DNA from: a virus
Taxonomy: Duplodnaviria > Heunggongvirae > Uroviricota > Caudoviricetes
IMG/VR virus record: IMGVR_UViG_2703718819_000006
Length of the DNA: 64,000 nucleotides
Reading direction: 5' to 3' (one strand)
Shown piece by piece: positions 18,395-27,800 of the stretch (the stretch's first letter is position 1; every line of letters begins with the position of its first letter). Below the pieces are notes generated by a model. That model did not search any database. It was not told the origin of the DNA and was given only the letters and a program-made list of their open reading frames with translations. Position numbers and translations under genes: made by a program.

Positions 18395-19225
18395 TTATTT
18401 CACTGTAATGAAAGGAGTGTTAGCCCCTTGAGTCATGTACTGCGGTAACTGGCCATTCCATTTATTGATGGCTTCCAGCTCCATAACGTTCGGGTTTTGA
18501 CGCAGAGCTTCACCGCGCAGACGAATGGCGTCGGCTTCTGCTTGCGCACGAGCACGGATAGCATCAGCTTCACCATTAGCCTGTTCACGTAGCATATTCG
18601 CCTCAGCTTTACGCTGTTCAACTTCCTGCTGACGTTGCAGAGTACGCTGGTTAGCCGTTACTTTGGCGTTGATAGATTCAATGACGGTTTTTGGGTAATC
18701 AGGCTTTCCAACCCATGACAGGCTCAGTACCTCAATACCAACCGGAGACATCTCTTTCTGAATATCTTTCAGTGCGTTGTCCAGCAATTGCGCCTTACCA
18801 CCGTCGATAAATGAGTCAGTGGTCATACGGCTGGCCAAACGGTTTAGAGAGTCGGCAATTTTCTGACGCAGATCTGATTCGGTGATATCGTCTACGCCTT
18901 TGCGATAGGTCTGGAACACCGTCGTTACCTTGTCACGATTAACCAGATACGCAACGCCAATTTTGTGACCAATAGCAGTACCGTCACTCATCTGGAATGT
19001 GAACGGCTCGTCGTAGGTCTTCATTTGTTTGAAGGTCGGGAATACGTAAAGTTCGGTGTTAAGACCTGTCCATTGGCGACCAACGCCAACCACTTCACCG
19101 ATCCCTTTGTCTTCACCTAATTTGTTTACTTTGATGCCAACGTATCCAGGCTCCACGCGATCACAGCCAGTAAGACCCATTGTGCAAATAGCCGCCAGAG
19201 CAACTGCAAGTAAACCTTTCTTCAT
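18395..19225 (-). CDS. SPFH/band-7 (HflK/C- or stomatin-like) lipoprotein
   Basis: 276 aa; signal peptide with lipobox (MGLTGC); SPFH-like core followed by an Ala/Glu/Arg/Gln-rich coiled-coil (RKAEANMLREQANGEADAIRARAQAEADAIR). Confidence 0.7.
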   Translation of the reverse strand: MKKGLLAVALAAICTMGLTGCDRVEPGYVGIKVNKLGEDKGIGEVVGVGRQWTGLNTELYVFPTFKQMKTYDEPFTFQMSDGTAIGHKIGVAYLVNRDKVTTVFQTYRKGVDDITESDLRQKIADSLNRLASRMTTDSFIDGGKAQLLDNALKDIQKEMSPVGIEVLSLSWVGKPDYPKTVIESINAKVTANQRTLQRQQEVEQRKAEANMLREQANGEADAIRARAQAEADAIRLRGEALRQNPNVMELEAINKWNGQLPQYMTQGANTPFITVK

Positions 19226-19228
19226 TAC

Positions 19229-19429
19229 TTATTTCCCCTTTGCTTTGATTAATGAGTTGATAAACTTACGACCAGCAATAAGACCGATTACAGGAGCACC
19301 AAAACCAACGATAACTCCAAACATGACGGCTAAATCACTCTTGGTAGAAATCAGCGACGGAACCAGTAATCCGTAGATGAGAGCCACTGAAAGGCCTGTG
19401 GCTACTGCCAATAGATAGATTTTGATCAT
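19229..19429 (-). CDS. small two-TM membrane protein (possible NfeD-like partner of the SPFH protein)
   Basis: 66 aa; two hydrophobic helices; directly upstream of and co-oriented with the SPFH gene. Confidence 0.45.
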   Translation of the reverse strand: MIKIYLLAVATGLSVALIYGLLVPSLISTKSDLAVMFGVIVGFGAPVIGLIAGRKFINSLIKAKGK

Positions 19430-19458
19430 GTGTTTTCCTATGTGGTTGTTATGTGAAA

Positions 19459-19487
19459 ATGATAAGTAAGTACTTATATATTTTCAA
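19459..19487 (-). promoter_or_regulatory. candidate sigma70-type promoter overlapping a GATAAGTA...TACTTATC palindrome
   Basis: On the minus strand: TTGAAA, 17-nt spacer, TATCAT, about 30 nt upstream of the AGGAAAA Shine-Dalgarno and ATG of gene 19229..19429. Confidence 0.35.
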
Positions 19488-19491
19488 GAAA

Positions 19492-19517
19492 TAAAAAAGG
19501 CGTCCTGTGGACGCCTT
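19492..19517 (-). terminator. rho-independent terminator after recA-like gene
   Basis: Stem AGGCGTCC/GGACGCCT with TGTG loop, followed on the minus strand by TTTTTTATTT. Confidence 0.65.
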
Positions 19518-19521
19518 GTGT

Positions 19522-21861
19522 TTACTCTTCTACTGACTCGGTGGGATTGTCTTTTGATCTCCGGTCGTCGATTGCCTGTAAAGCCGCAATGATTTCAGCT
19601 AGTGGCTTCTCCCGATACATCTCGACGATCTGTGATTTGGTGTATTTCTTGTCACCAATTTCTACTCGACCGCTGGCGTTCTTTGGCAGGTATCCTTCTT
19701 CCAGCATGTACTCGACGAGCGACTCGATAACGTCGAGGCCACGAGTAGGATCGAAGTAGAATTTCCAGGTGCATTTGCCATACGGTGGTGCAACTTTGTT
19801 TTTGATGCACTCTGCGCCTACGTCCTGGCCGATCTTCTCTTTCCCATCCTTCATCACCGATGCACCGAGACGGATGCGCACAGAAGCGTAAAACTTCGGT
19901 GAATCGCCGCCTGGAGACGTAGTAGGGTCGCCAAACATTACACCGATTTTTGTGCGAACCTGATTCAAGAAGATGATGCAGGCGTTGTATTTGCGTGCCC
20001 ACAAAGCCAGAGTAGGGAAGTTCGCACTCGTCGCACGAGCCAGCGCCGTATTGTCGTTCATGTTTAGCTGATCTTTGTCTTTGGCAGTGCCTTCAGCCAT
20101 CTTTTCGAACTTCTCGGCTTTGGAGTTCGGAACCATAGACGCAAGTGAGTCAGCCACGATACAGATAGGTGCTGATTCAGGAATAAGCTCTTCATCACGT
20201 ACCAATTTAAGAATTGTGCCGATCAACTCTACAGAGTCTTCGAAGGTATCAGGCTGCTTGTATACCCACTGACCGTCATCCTCATCTGCATTCAAACCAT
20301 TGGCTACAGCCAGGCCAACGTCAAAACTGTTTTCATGATCGAGGAATACCGCCAGACCATCTTGTTTTTGAGCGGAGATCATCGCTGCTGTTGCAAGGAA
20401 TGTGTTGTGGCTGATAATCCCGTTAGACCAGAAAGAGTGTGTTTCCGGCATCGCTACGTCGAACGTTGGTGCTTCACCTTCCTCAATAGCCACGACTTCG
20501 TCGTAGAACAAGTTAGAGCCAATTACCGCTGCCAGTTGTGCAAACAGATGCTCGTTAAAACGATTCTTTCTGCCAATGAAGGAGACATAGATTTCTCGCA
20601 GTTTGTCTATTCCGACACGATCGCCGCGGCCAATAACGTGGTCTACCAGAGCGTAGTCTTCACGGGTGGTCTTGGTGAGCGACTCGTAGAGTGATTTCAC
20701 TAAGCCGCTGATGTGCGGAACATAGCCTGAGTAAGTGCGGTCAAAACCAATGTCCCGTTTGGTTGCCACTGATAAACGTGCCGGAGATTCGAAACCAATC
20801 GTTGACAGAAAAAGGTCGTAATTAGAGCCACTGAATGACAGCCGGTAATATGTATTTTCATAACCCGCGACGTGTTTTTCAGAGATAGTTGACGTAATCC
20901 CCAGATTCAGGAGCATGAGGCGAATTTGCTGTAGCAGCAGCCCACTCGCGCTCACAACCTCAATGCAGCGACCATCATTGACGTGGCATTCCAGCTCAAA
21001 GTAGCCGCGAAGGAATGCAATTTGAGCCTCGCTATTGGCGCGACGCACACTCAACGGAACCTGCTTGCCAGCAGCTTTCTCATACTCCAGACCATATTCT
21101 TTAAAAAGCAGCGAACGCACCTCTTTGCTAAACAGCACATGGTCTTCCGAGCCGTTATGTTTTCTCGTAACTGGCATCTTGTCTGATACCAGCGAAATGA
21201 GGCGGTAGTACTCATCCTTGATGAAAGGATCTGTGTTAGAAAAATTCACTGAATTTTCAGAGGCCACGTATCCGTCAGCAATTAAATAGCCCATCAGTTT
21301 TGCGATATTGGCATCCAGGTGCTGATCGCCGAATTGATGTGTGCCAACCATTGAAGGAATCGTGTCGCCTACACTGATTTTTTCAGCATGTCGCCAGACG
21401 ACATTACCTAAGTCGTCAACCACACGGATTGGGTGACGGAACGTAGCCTCGATATAACCGCCTGATGCCAGCTTAATACGCTTGAATTTGCGACGGTTGT
21501 TCCATGTCAGGTGTGAGGTCTTCTCTATCACGCCATTTTCATTGATGAGTCCAACGTTATGCTCTACATCGCGAGTAGTGCATGTCGCTTTGTACCCTTC
21601 AATCTCAAACAACTCTTTCACTGTTACCATTCCACGCTCCGTCAGCAGCATGGTGTCTGCGGTAACACATTTCCCCGCGCTTGGAGGACCGAATACTTCT
21701 ACGATACGACCACATGGGAAACCGCCATCGTAACGACCGGAAATAGCTTTGTTTAACGGAGGAAAGCCTGTGTCAATCCAATGAGTTACTTTCTGAATTT
21801 CGTCGTTGCTACCGATTTTCTTTTTCAGAGCAAGTGCCAGTGCGGATTTTCCTTTTGCCAT
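19522..21861 (-). CDS. recA: RecA/UvsX-family recombinase interrupted by an intein
   Basis: 779 aa. Exteins (about 357 aa) carry GRIVEVFGPPSAGK|T and IIFLNQVRTKIGVMFGDPTTSPGGDSPKFYASVRIRL, closely paralleling E. coli RecA as recalled. Confidence 0.85.
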   Translation of the reverse strand: MAKGKSALALALKKKIGSNDEIQKVTHWIDTGFPPLNKAISGRYDGGFPCGRIVEVFGPPSAGKCVTADTMLLTERGMVTVKELFEIEGYKATCTTRDVEHNVGLINENGVIEKTSHLTWNNRRKFKRIKLASGGYIEATFRHPIRVVDDLGNVVWRHAEKISVGDTIPSMVGTHQFGDQHLDANIAKLMGYLIADGYVASENSVNFSNTDPFIKDEYYRLISLVSDKMPVTRKHNGSEDHVLFSKEVRSLLFKEYGLEYEKAAGKQVPLSVRRANSEAQIAFLRGYFELECHVNDGRCIEVVSASGLLLQQIRLMLLNLGITSTISEKHVAGYENTYYRLSFSGSNYDLFLSTIGFESPARLSVATKRDIGFDRTYSGYVPHISGLVKSLYESLTKTTREDYALVDHVIGRGDRVGIDKLREIYVSFIGRKNRFNEHLFAQLAAVIGSNLFYDEVVAIEEGEAPTFDVAMPETHSFWSNGIISHNTFLATAAMISAQKQDGLAVFLDHENSFDVGLAVANGLNADEDDGQWVYKQPDTFEDSVELIGTILKLVRDEELIPESAPICIVADSLASMVPNSKAEKFEKMAEGTAKDKDQLNMNDNTALARATSANFPTLALWARKYNACIIFLNQVRTKIGVMFGDPTTSPGGDSPKFYASVRIRLGASVMKDGKEKIGQDVGAECIKNKVAPPYGKCTWKFYFDPTRGLDVIESLVEYMLEEGYLPKNASGRVEIGDKKYTKSQIVEMYREKPLAEIIAALQAIDDRRSKDNPTESVEE
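20404..21669 (-). mobile_element. intein (about 422 aa) with LAGLIDADG homing-endonuclease domain, inserted in the RecA P-loop
   Basis: Starts with Cys right after GPPSAGK (CVTADTMLL...) and ends ...GIISHN followed by Thr (the extein T of GKT); internal LMGYLIADGY and FLRGYFELEC motifs. Confidence 0.75.
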
Positions 21862-21863
21862 GA

Positions 21864-22136
21864 TCAGGCTCCTTTTGTTTCGTTGATTCGTTTTAAAGCG
21901 GCGGATTCGTCGAATACAATCGCATCGTGGTTAAGGTGTTTGGATACACGAGCGAGGATTTTTACGATCTGCTCGCTGACTAATCCAAACTCGCGATCTG
22001 TCGCTTTCATTCCGGCAGTGCCTAGAATTGACGGCAGTGCGATGACAGCGTACTCACCGTGATAAAAGACAATCTCTTTTGCCAGTTGGGTAGGGGTGGT
22101 GGTAGCGCCATTAATAATCGATTTAAGCATTAGCAA
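21864..22136 (-). CDS. hypothetical protein
   Basis: 90-aa ORF between recA-like and flap endonuclease genes, overlapping the latter by 7 nt. Confidence 0.4.
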   Translation of the reverse strand: MLMLKSIINGATTTPTQLAKEIVFYHGEYAVIALPSILGTAGMKATDREFGLVSEQIVKILARVSKHLNHDAIVFDESAALKRINETKGA

Positions 22137-23074
22137 TACCTTTCGAATGGAAGAACAAACACTTCAAGGTCTTCAAGGAACGAACGGAAATTCAGCTCGT
22201 AGCACAGTTGCTCGAATGCTTTCACGTCACGATTGCCTTTGATTGTTTCGATTTCGGTAGGCGGAAACTTCGTCTCAATCAGGTTCATTAGCGTGATGTT
22301 TCTCTTGAACGCTTCGAGCATTCGACAGCCTGTTTTCTCGTTGAAGGCATTCTTCGCTAGTTTGTTGAAGGCGGTCTTATGACGCCCTTTATTAACCACG
22401 ATTGAGCCGTCGTTGATGCCGCGTACCATCGTTGCGACACTTCCCCATTCATGCAGCAGCTCTTTCGCACCGCCAGCACCAATGCCACCAACACCGCTAA
22501 TGTTGTCCGAGTTATCGCCTTGTAATGCTTTTGCTTCCAAAAATGCGCGAGGCGTGGCGAATCCTGTCAGCTCCGCAAATTGCTCAAAATTAACCTGCTT
22601 GTTTTTGGCGTCTTCACGCAGGCTTACCCAGCTTACGTTTTCGCGAACTAACTGAAGCCAGTCGCTATCGCCTGTTAACAGATAGATGTGTTCAACGGTT
22701 GGCTGCGGTGCCATGCGGGATACCAGCAGCCCGGCCAGATCATCCGCTTCTGCATCTTTTGCAATGATTTGGTTAACACCAAGCGCGGTCATCATTTTGA
22801 GGATGTATGGCTTCTGGATAGCAAAGCCTTCCTTCATCTTTTTCATATCAGGATCGTCGTCGCGATTTGCTTTGTAGTCCGGGTAAAAGTCGCGACGCTT
22901 GTCACTAAATCCATCCCAAAGAATCATAGGTCGGGCATGGAGGATGGAGGCATAACGACGGACGTTCTTAACAAAGCCGAAAGCAGCCTGTACTTCCATT
23001 TCGCCGTTGTGCAATTTGTCAGATTGTTGGTGGTAATAACCCAGGCTATTGCCATCTACGAAGAGATAATTCAC
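22130..23074 (-). CDS. 5'-3' exonuclease / flap endonuclease
   Basis: Motifs YLFVDGNSLGYY, AKDAEADD, LTGDSDWLQL, GVGGIGAGGAKELL. The longest ORF reaches 23125, but a terminator hairpin lies at 23090-23118; a GTG at 23074 with an AAGGAA Shine-Dalgarno is the likelier start. Confidence 0.85.
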   Translation of the reverse strand: MNYLFVDGNSLGYYHQQSDKLHNGEMEVQAAFGFVKNVRRYASILHARPMILWDGFSDKRRDFYPDYKANRDDDPDMKKMKEGFAIQKPYILKMMTALGVNQIIAKDAEADDLAGLLVSRMAPQPTVEHIYLLTGDSDWLQLVRENVSWVSLREDAKNKQVNFEQFAELTGFATPRAFLEAKALQGDNSDNISGVGGIGAGGAKELLHEWGSVATMVRGINDGSIVVNKGRHKTAFNKLAKNAFNEKTGCRMLEAFKRNITLMNLIETKFPPTEIETIKGNRDVKAFEQLCYELNFRSFLEDLEVFVLPFERYC

Positions 23075-23089
23075 CGGTACATTCCTTCC

Positions 23090-23118
23090 AAAAAGTAAGG
23101 CGTCCGTAGACGCCTTAC
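23090..23118 (-). terminator. rho-independent terminator after SSB gene
   Basis: 10-bp stem GTAAGGCGTC/GACGCCTTAC with 4-nt loop, followed on the minus strand by TTTTT. Confidence 0.65.
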
Positions 23119-23134
23119 TGGTCACGTAATGGGA

Positions 23135-24163
23135 TTACAGAGAGTCCAGCTCTCTCAGTAGATCATCCAGACCTTCATCTTCCACCGCAGATGCTGCGGC
23201 TACAGGTGTTGCTGCGACTGCTTCAGAGTCTTTGACTGATACAGCAACGGCAGCGGAACTTGCCTCTGGTTTAAATTCAGTTTCAACGGCACGGAGGATT
23301 TCTTCATCAACCAGACTGGTTGGTTCAGAAGCCGGTGTGTGCGCGGTTGCTACAGCCGTCGCTCCTTCTGTATGACCAGTGACAGAGCCAAATCCAGGTA
23401 GTGCCGCAGCCGATGTTTTCGCGGTTGAGGAAATTGCTGGTGCAGATGCTGCGGCAGTTGGTGCAGCGATGCCAATCAGACGACCCATAGTGCGAACTGT
23501 CGACAGAAGACGAGTTTCATCAGCCTGATTTGCGTATGCGATCAGATCATGCTGGGTGTTCCAGAATTTATCTTCGATATCGCCTTTGTAGACTTTACGC
23601 TTAGGCGAGACGTCATATTTGGTATCGCGACCAGAGCCAGTACGTTTAATCAGGAATGCGTAGCCTTCCTCTTTGCTCAGTGGATTGCCGATATCATCAG
23701 CGATGTCTTCGGTGATTGCTTTGCAGATATCATCGAATACAGTAGACGGCAGCTCGATTAACTGGCATTTCTCAGCATCTGCGAAATCCTCACGAGCAGA
23801 AAGAATGCCGTTGACCAGGTAGCGAGGAGTGGCACGCATTTGACCGATGCGTTCTTCCATTGCTTTGTTACCCTTGTGACGAGCGCGACCTTCCATCACC
23901 ATTTCGCATAGCTGACAAGCGCGACCGTGAGTATGTTGCTCACAAATATAAGCGTTGGTTGCTTCTTTACCTTCCTCGTTCTGATACTTAACGTAGTGCA
24001 TACCGAAAGTCTGGAAGAACTTACCGTTTGGGTCGTCTTTATTCGGGAAGATGCGGATATAGTTGACGCCGTCTTTTAAGCGAGTCAGATCAACGTTGTT
24101 ACCACGTTTGGCGGCAATGTCTTCACGAGTTTTGTTAAGCAAATCAAGTAATGTCTTAGACAT
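23135..24163 (-). CDS. single-stranded DNA-binding protein (T4 gp32-like)
   Basis: 342 aa; GVNYIRIFPNKDDPNGKFFQTFGMHYV parallels the gp32 segment as recalled; Cys/His cluster (CEQHTHGRACQLC); Ala/Ser-rich linker and acidic C-terminal tail (EDEGLDDLLRELDSL). Confidence 0.65.
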   Translation of the reverse strand: MSKTLLDLLNKTREDIAAKRGNNVDLTRLKDGVNYIRIFPNKDDPNGKFFQTFGMHYVKYQNEEGKEATNAYICEQHTHGRACQLCEMVMEGRARHKGNKAMEERIGQMRATPRYLVNGILSAREDFADAEKCQLIELPSTVFDDICKAITEDIADDIGNPLSKEEGYAFLIKRTGSGRDTKYDVSPKRKVYKGDIEDKFWNTQHDLIAYANQADETRLLSTVRTMGRLIGIAAPTAAASAPAISSTAKTSAAALPGFGSVTGHTEGATAVATAHTPASEPTSLVDEEILRAVETEFKPEASSAAVAVSVKDSEAVAATPVAAASAVEDEGLDDLLRELDSL

Positions 24164-24280
24164 GTGTTTCTCCTTGTTGTGATTTGGCCGATGGCGCTAT
24201 GCGCGTTGGGCTTTCGTTCATTCGTGGCTCTTTCGAGCTGTTAAATGATAGATCAGTGCTTACTTATTATCTATCAAAAA

Positions 24281-24712
24281 TCAACGGGGAGTAATAAAGC
24301 GTTCAGAGCCTAATCGCTCTAATTCAACGATGGCCATCTTTGACGCCTGAACGATCATGTCTCGGCGATGCGAAAAGGCGGCGACAGCATGTTTGTATAT
24401 GTCTGCGATGTGCCGTGCTTCATCCAACTTCTGCCTTTTAGACAGATACTGTGGGTTTGTTTTAACCTTAGCGTCCAGTACAGATTCGTTGAACTTAATG
24501 CCGTTCATACTCAAGTTCTTACGCTCTGTGTCGTATAGCTTTGCTTCAACAGCTTCAAGGTTAAGTTTTGCCTCTGCGACACTTCTTTCTGCATGAGCGA
24601 GTTTTGAGCCATACTCCATTAAAAGGCGGGGTTGTCTACGCCAGACTTCCTCCAGATTGTCTCGGTCAAACTCGAGATCAGACATTATTTTCTCGTAAAT
24701 ATCGGTGATCAT
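24281..24712 (-). CDS. hypothetical protein (possible recombination mediator; speculative)
   Basis: 143-aa ORF between SSB and polymerase; helical, no motif assigned. Confidence 0.45.
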   Translation of the reverse strand: MITDIYEKIMSDLEFDRDNLEEVWRRQPRLLMEYGSKLAHAERSVAEAKLNLEAVEAKLYDTERKNLSMNGIKFNESVLDAKVKTNPQYLSKRQKLDEARHIADIYKHAVAAFSHRRDMIVQASKMAIVELERLGSERFITPR

Positions 24713-24802
24713 GTGCTTTCCTTTTTACTTATCATCTTATATTGATTATATCATTGTGATGATAAGGCAAGGAGTTCGAGGATAGGGGATATGAGGGGAT
24801 AA

Positions 24803-24830
24803 GAGAAAACATGGCCATAGAGGCCATGTT
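24803..24830 (-). terminator. rho-independent terminator after polymerase gene
   Basis: Perfect 9-bp stem AACATGGCC/GGCCATGTT with 5-nt loop, followed on the minus strand by TTTTCTC. Confidence 0.65.
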
Positions 24831-24837
24831 TATGGGA

Positions 24838-27800
24838 TCACGACTTAATAGTTTCTGCTACGTCGGCTAATATCGCTTCTAGTCGTTCTCCCTCTTCAGG
24901 TCTGAAGTAAAGAATGTTGGGGTTAAACCCGTAAAAGACAGTAACGTCAAGGTCTGGAAGATACTCCTTCCTGCCGACCAAATCGGATGGCTTGTTTTTG
25001 TTGTTAAACAATGAAGTTGCCCGGCTGCCACACGTCAGCACATAGGTCGGACGCACCAGATTGATCTCTTCACGCATAAAGTCGGTGAACTGGCCGATCT
25101 CGTCTTTGGTGTAGTCCTTTTCTTTGTCTTTAACCTTCTTGCAAACGCCTGTGACATAGAGATCGCCCATGCGCAAATCCCCAGCCGTCAACAGCTTGGC
25201 CTTAAAATCGTCGTATCCGTTCTCCATAAAGTAACCGGTTCGAGCATCATTGCCGTTCGCATTGTCCAGAATGATCATGATTTTCGGCTTAATACCAATG
25301 CTGGGGCGGATTAGTTCATCACCTAAGCCCATTTCAGCCGCCATCCGCGTCATGAGTACGTTAATCTCAGCCGAACGTTTGGGGTTCATCTCAAACGGAC
25401 GTGAGGCTTTAACTGCGTCTATGACAAGGTTTCCCATCAATTCAGCCTGGTCGCGTAGGCGCTCTGGATCAGTTGCTGGCAGACTGCCTGGCTCGATGGA
25501 TGCAAACGCCCCTACTTTTTGCAGCGATTCGCGCACTCGACTATTACAGGCACGTTTCTCGACAGCTTCTTCGAATTGCGCAAGTGACTCGAATTTGCCA
25601 CCAACCTTTTCTCGCGCTCTCATGATGGCCTGGCAGCCATTCTCAGAACACCCCTTCACAGCAGAGAAGGGCGCATACAGCACCTGGCTGCCATCTTCAA
25701 GCGTGCGGATCTCAATTCGGTTAGATGACACGTTAACGTCTGGTGGCAATACGCGAATACCATAGGTCAGCGCATCTTTAACCAGCCCCTGGTGTTTATC
25801 TTCGCCAAGAATAGTGAGAGCAGCAGCGAAAAACTCTGCGGGATAATGAGTTTTCAACCACATAGATTGATAGCTGATTAAGGAGTAAGCAACAGAGTGT
25901 GATTTGTTGAACTGGTAGGCACCATTCTTTTCGAATGCGGTCCATATCTCCTTCGCTTTCATCTCTGATAGCCCTGGATGTGACGCTGTAACGCGTACTG
26001 CGTTTATAGGTAGTTTTGCGCCGTACTCAAGTGCCTCTTCGACAGTTTTCAGAGTTCCGTCTTCGCATTTAAAATGTTCCGCACGGTGAATGCGCTGTGT
26101 AGTGCCATCTTCCAGCTCAACGTCTATCCAGCCAGCTTGAGCCTGAACGATGAACTTCTCGCCCATGCTCTTCATTTTTTCCATGTCTTTTTTGCCGATC
26201 GCTTTACGAACGCCGTCAGCTTCAGCCATTGTGAAGCCAGCAAGCAATCGAGTCGCGTTCATCGTCTGTTCCTGATAGAGAATCACGCCATTTGTTTCTG
26301 CGGTAAGTTCATCAAGAACGGGGTGTAATGATTCCGGCGTCATAAAGCCTTTGGCTACAGAAACATAGTCATCCAACATGCCTGACTGAATTGGCCCCGG
26401 CCGGAAGAGCGCAGTCGTAGCAACAACCGTTTTAAAGCTCATTGGCTCAATTCCACCACCTAAATCTTTAAGCAGCTTGCGCATTGGGCCTGATTCAAGC
26501 TGGAAAACACCTTGAGTGTACCCAGCAGCAAAACCATCCAGCACCTTGCGATCTTCAAGAGAAATGGCATCAAGATTGATATCTTCACCTGTGTTCTCTT
26601 TTATGTAGCGTTTTGCACTATCGAGCAAATCGAGAGTTGCCAGACCAAGTACGTCCAGCTTAATTAGGCCCATAGCCTCGCAGTAACGCTTGTCAAATGC
26701 GATACAACGCGCGTCACCACGGCGTTCAACCGGTGTACGTTCTGTCAGAGGAACACCTGCTACGATCATCCCTGCCGCATGTCTACCAAAGCCACGCATA
26801 AGACTTTGTAACTTGCAGGCAGCATTGAATGCATCAGGGTATTTTGTCGCGTATTTGTCGAGACTTGCCAGTTGTTCGCGCAGCTCCTCCAATGGAAGGC
26901 TATCATCCTCGACGTTCTTCAGCTCTTTTGATACCGCCATATCTGCGGACTCCACACCATAAATACGAGCGGTATCACGTAGTGCAGAGGCTGCGCCCAG
27001 GTAGGTGAAGTTCGGAATGCCTGCAACGTAATCTTCGCCGTAGCGTTCATTCAGATACTCGATCACCTCATGGCGACGTGCCTGGCTGAAGTCCAAGTCC
27101 GCATCCGGCAAGTCGAGACGCTCAGGGTTGATGAAACGCTCAAACAGAAGACCGTGACGGATTGGGTCGACGTTGGTTATGCCTATGCACCACGCCACCA
27201 GAGAACCGGCAGAGGAACCACGACCAGGCCCGACAGGAATGCCAGTTTCACGACTGTGATTCATCAGATCGCGTACCATCAGGAAGTAACCACAAAATCC
27301 CAGGCGAGTCAGCGTGTCCATTTCGTACTTTAGCCGCTCAACATAAACCCTGTTCTCAGAAGCAGGTGGTGTGTAGCCAAACTCTTTTGTGGTAAGACGT
27401 TTACGCAGCCCTGCAACAGCCAGTTTCATCAGCGTTGCAGGTTCGTCGTCTGCCATCTTGGGCAGTGCTGGTGGCAATTCATGCCAGCGCCATGTGCAGG
27501 CATCGATAATGGAGTCCTGCGTTGTTGAGGCCATTGCAGCTGTTACCGGCACATCCATGCGAACGGAGAAGGCTTTAAGCGCCTCAAGGAGATGGCGACG
27601 ACCATTGATGGCGTTATCTCGCTGGTGGGGGATACGCAGACGATGCGGCTGGTCGATTTTTATGTTGTTCGTAACCATGTGCGCAATGTCTTTAATGTCT
27701 GCATCGTCGATCGATTCGTAATAAGCGGGATAGAACGCCACTGGCTCTATTTTCAATGCGCTGGCGACTTTCATCGCCCGGACGTTAATCTGGTCGTAGA

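Noticed and set aside
24281-24712. Calling the 143-aa protein a UvsY-like recombination mediator
   Set aside because: Only position and size support it; I see no convincing sequence match, so it is left as hypothetical.
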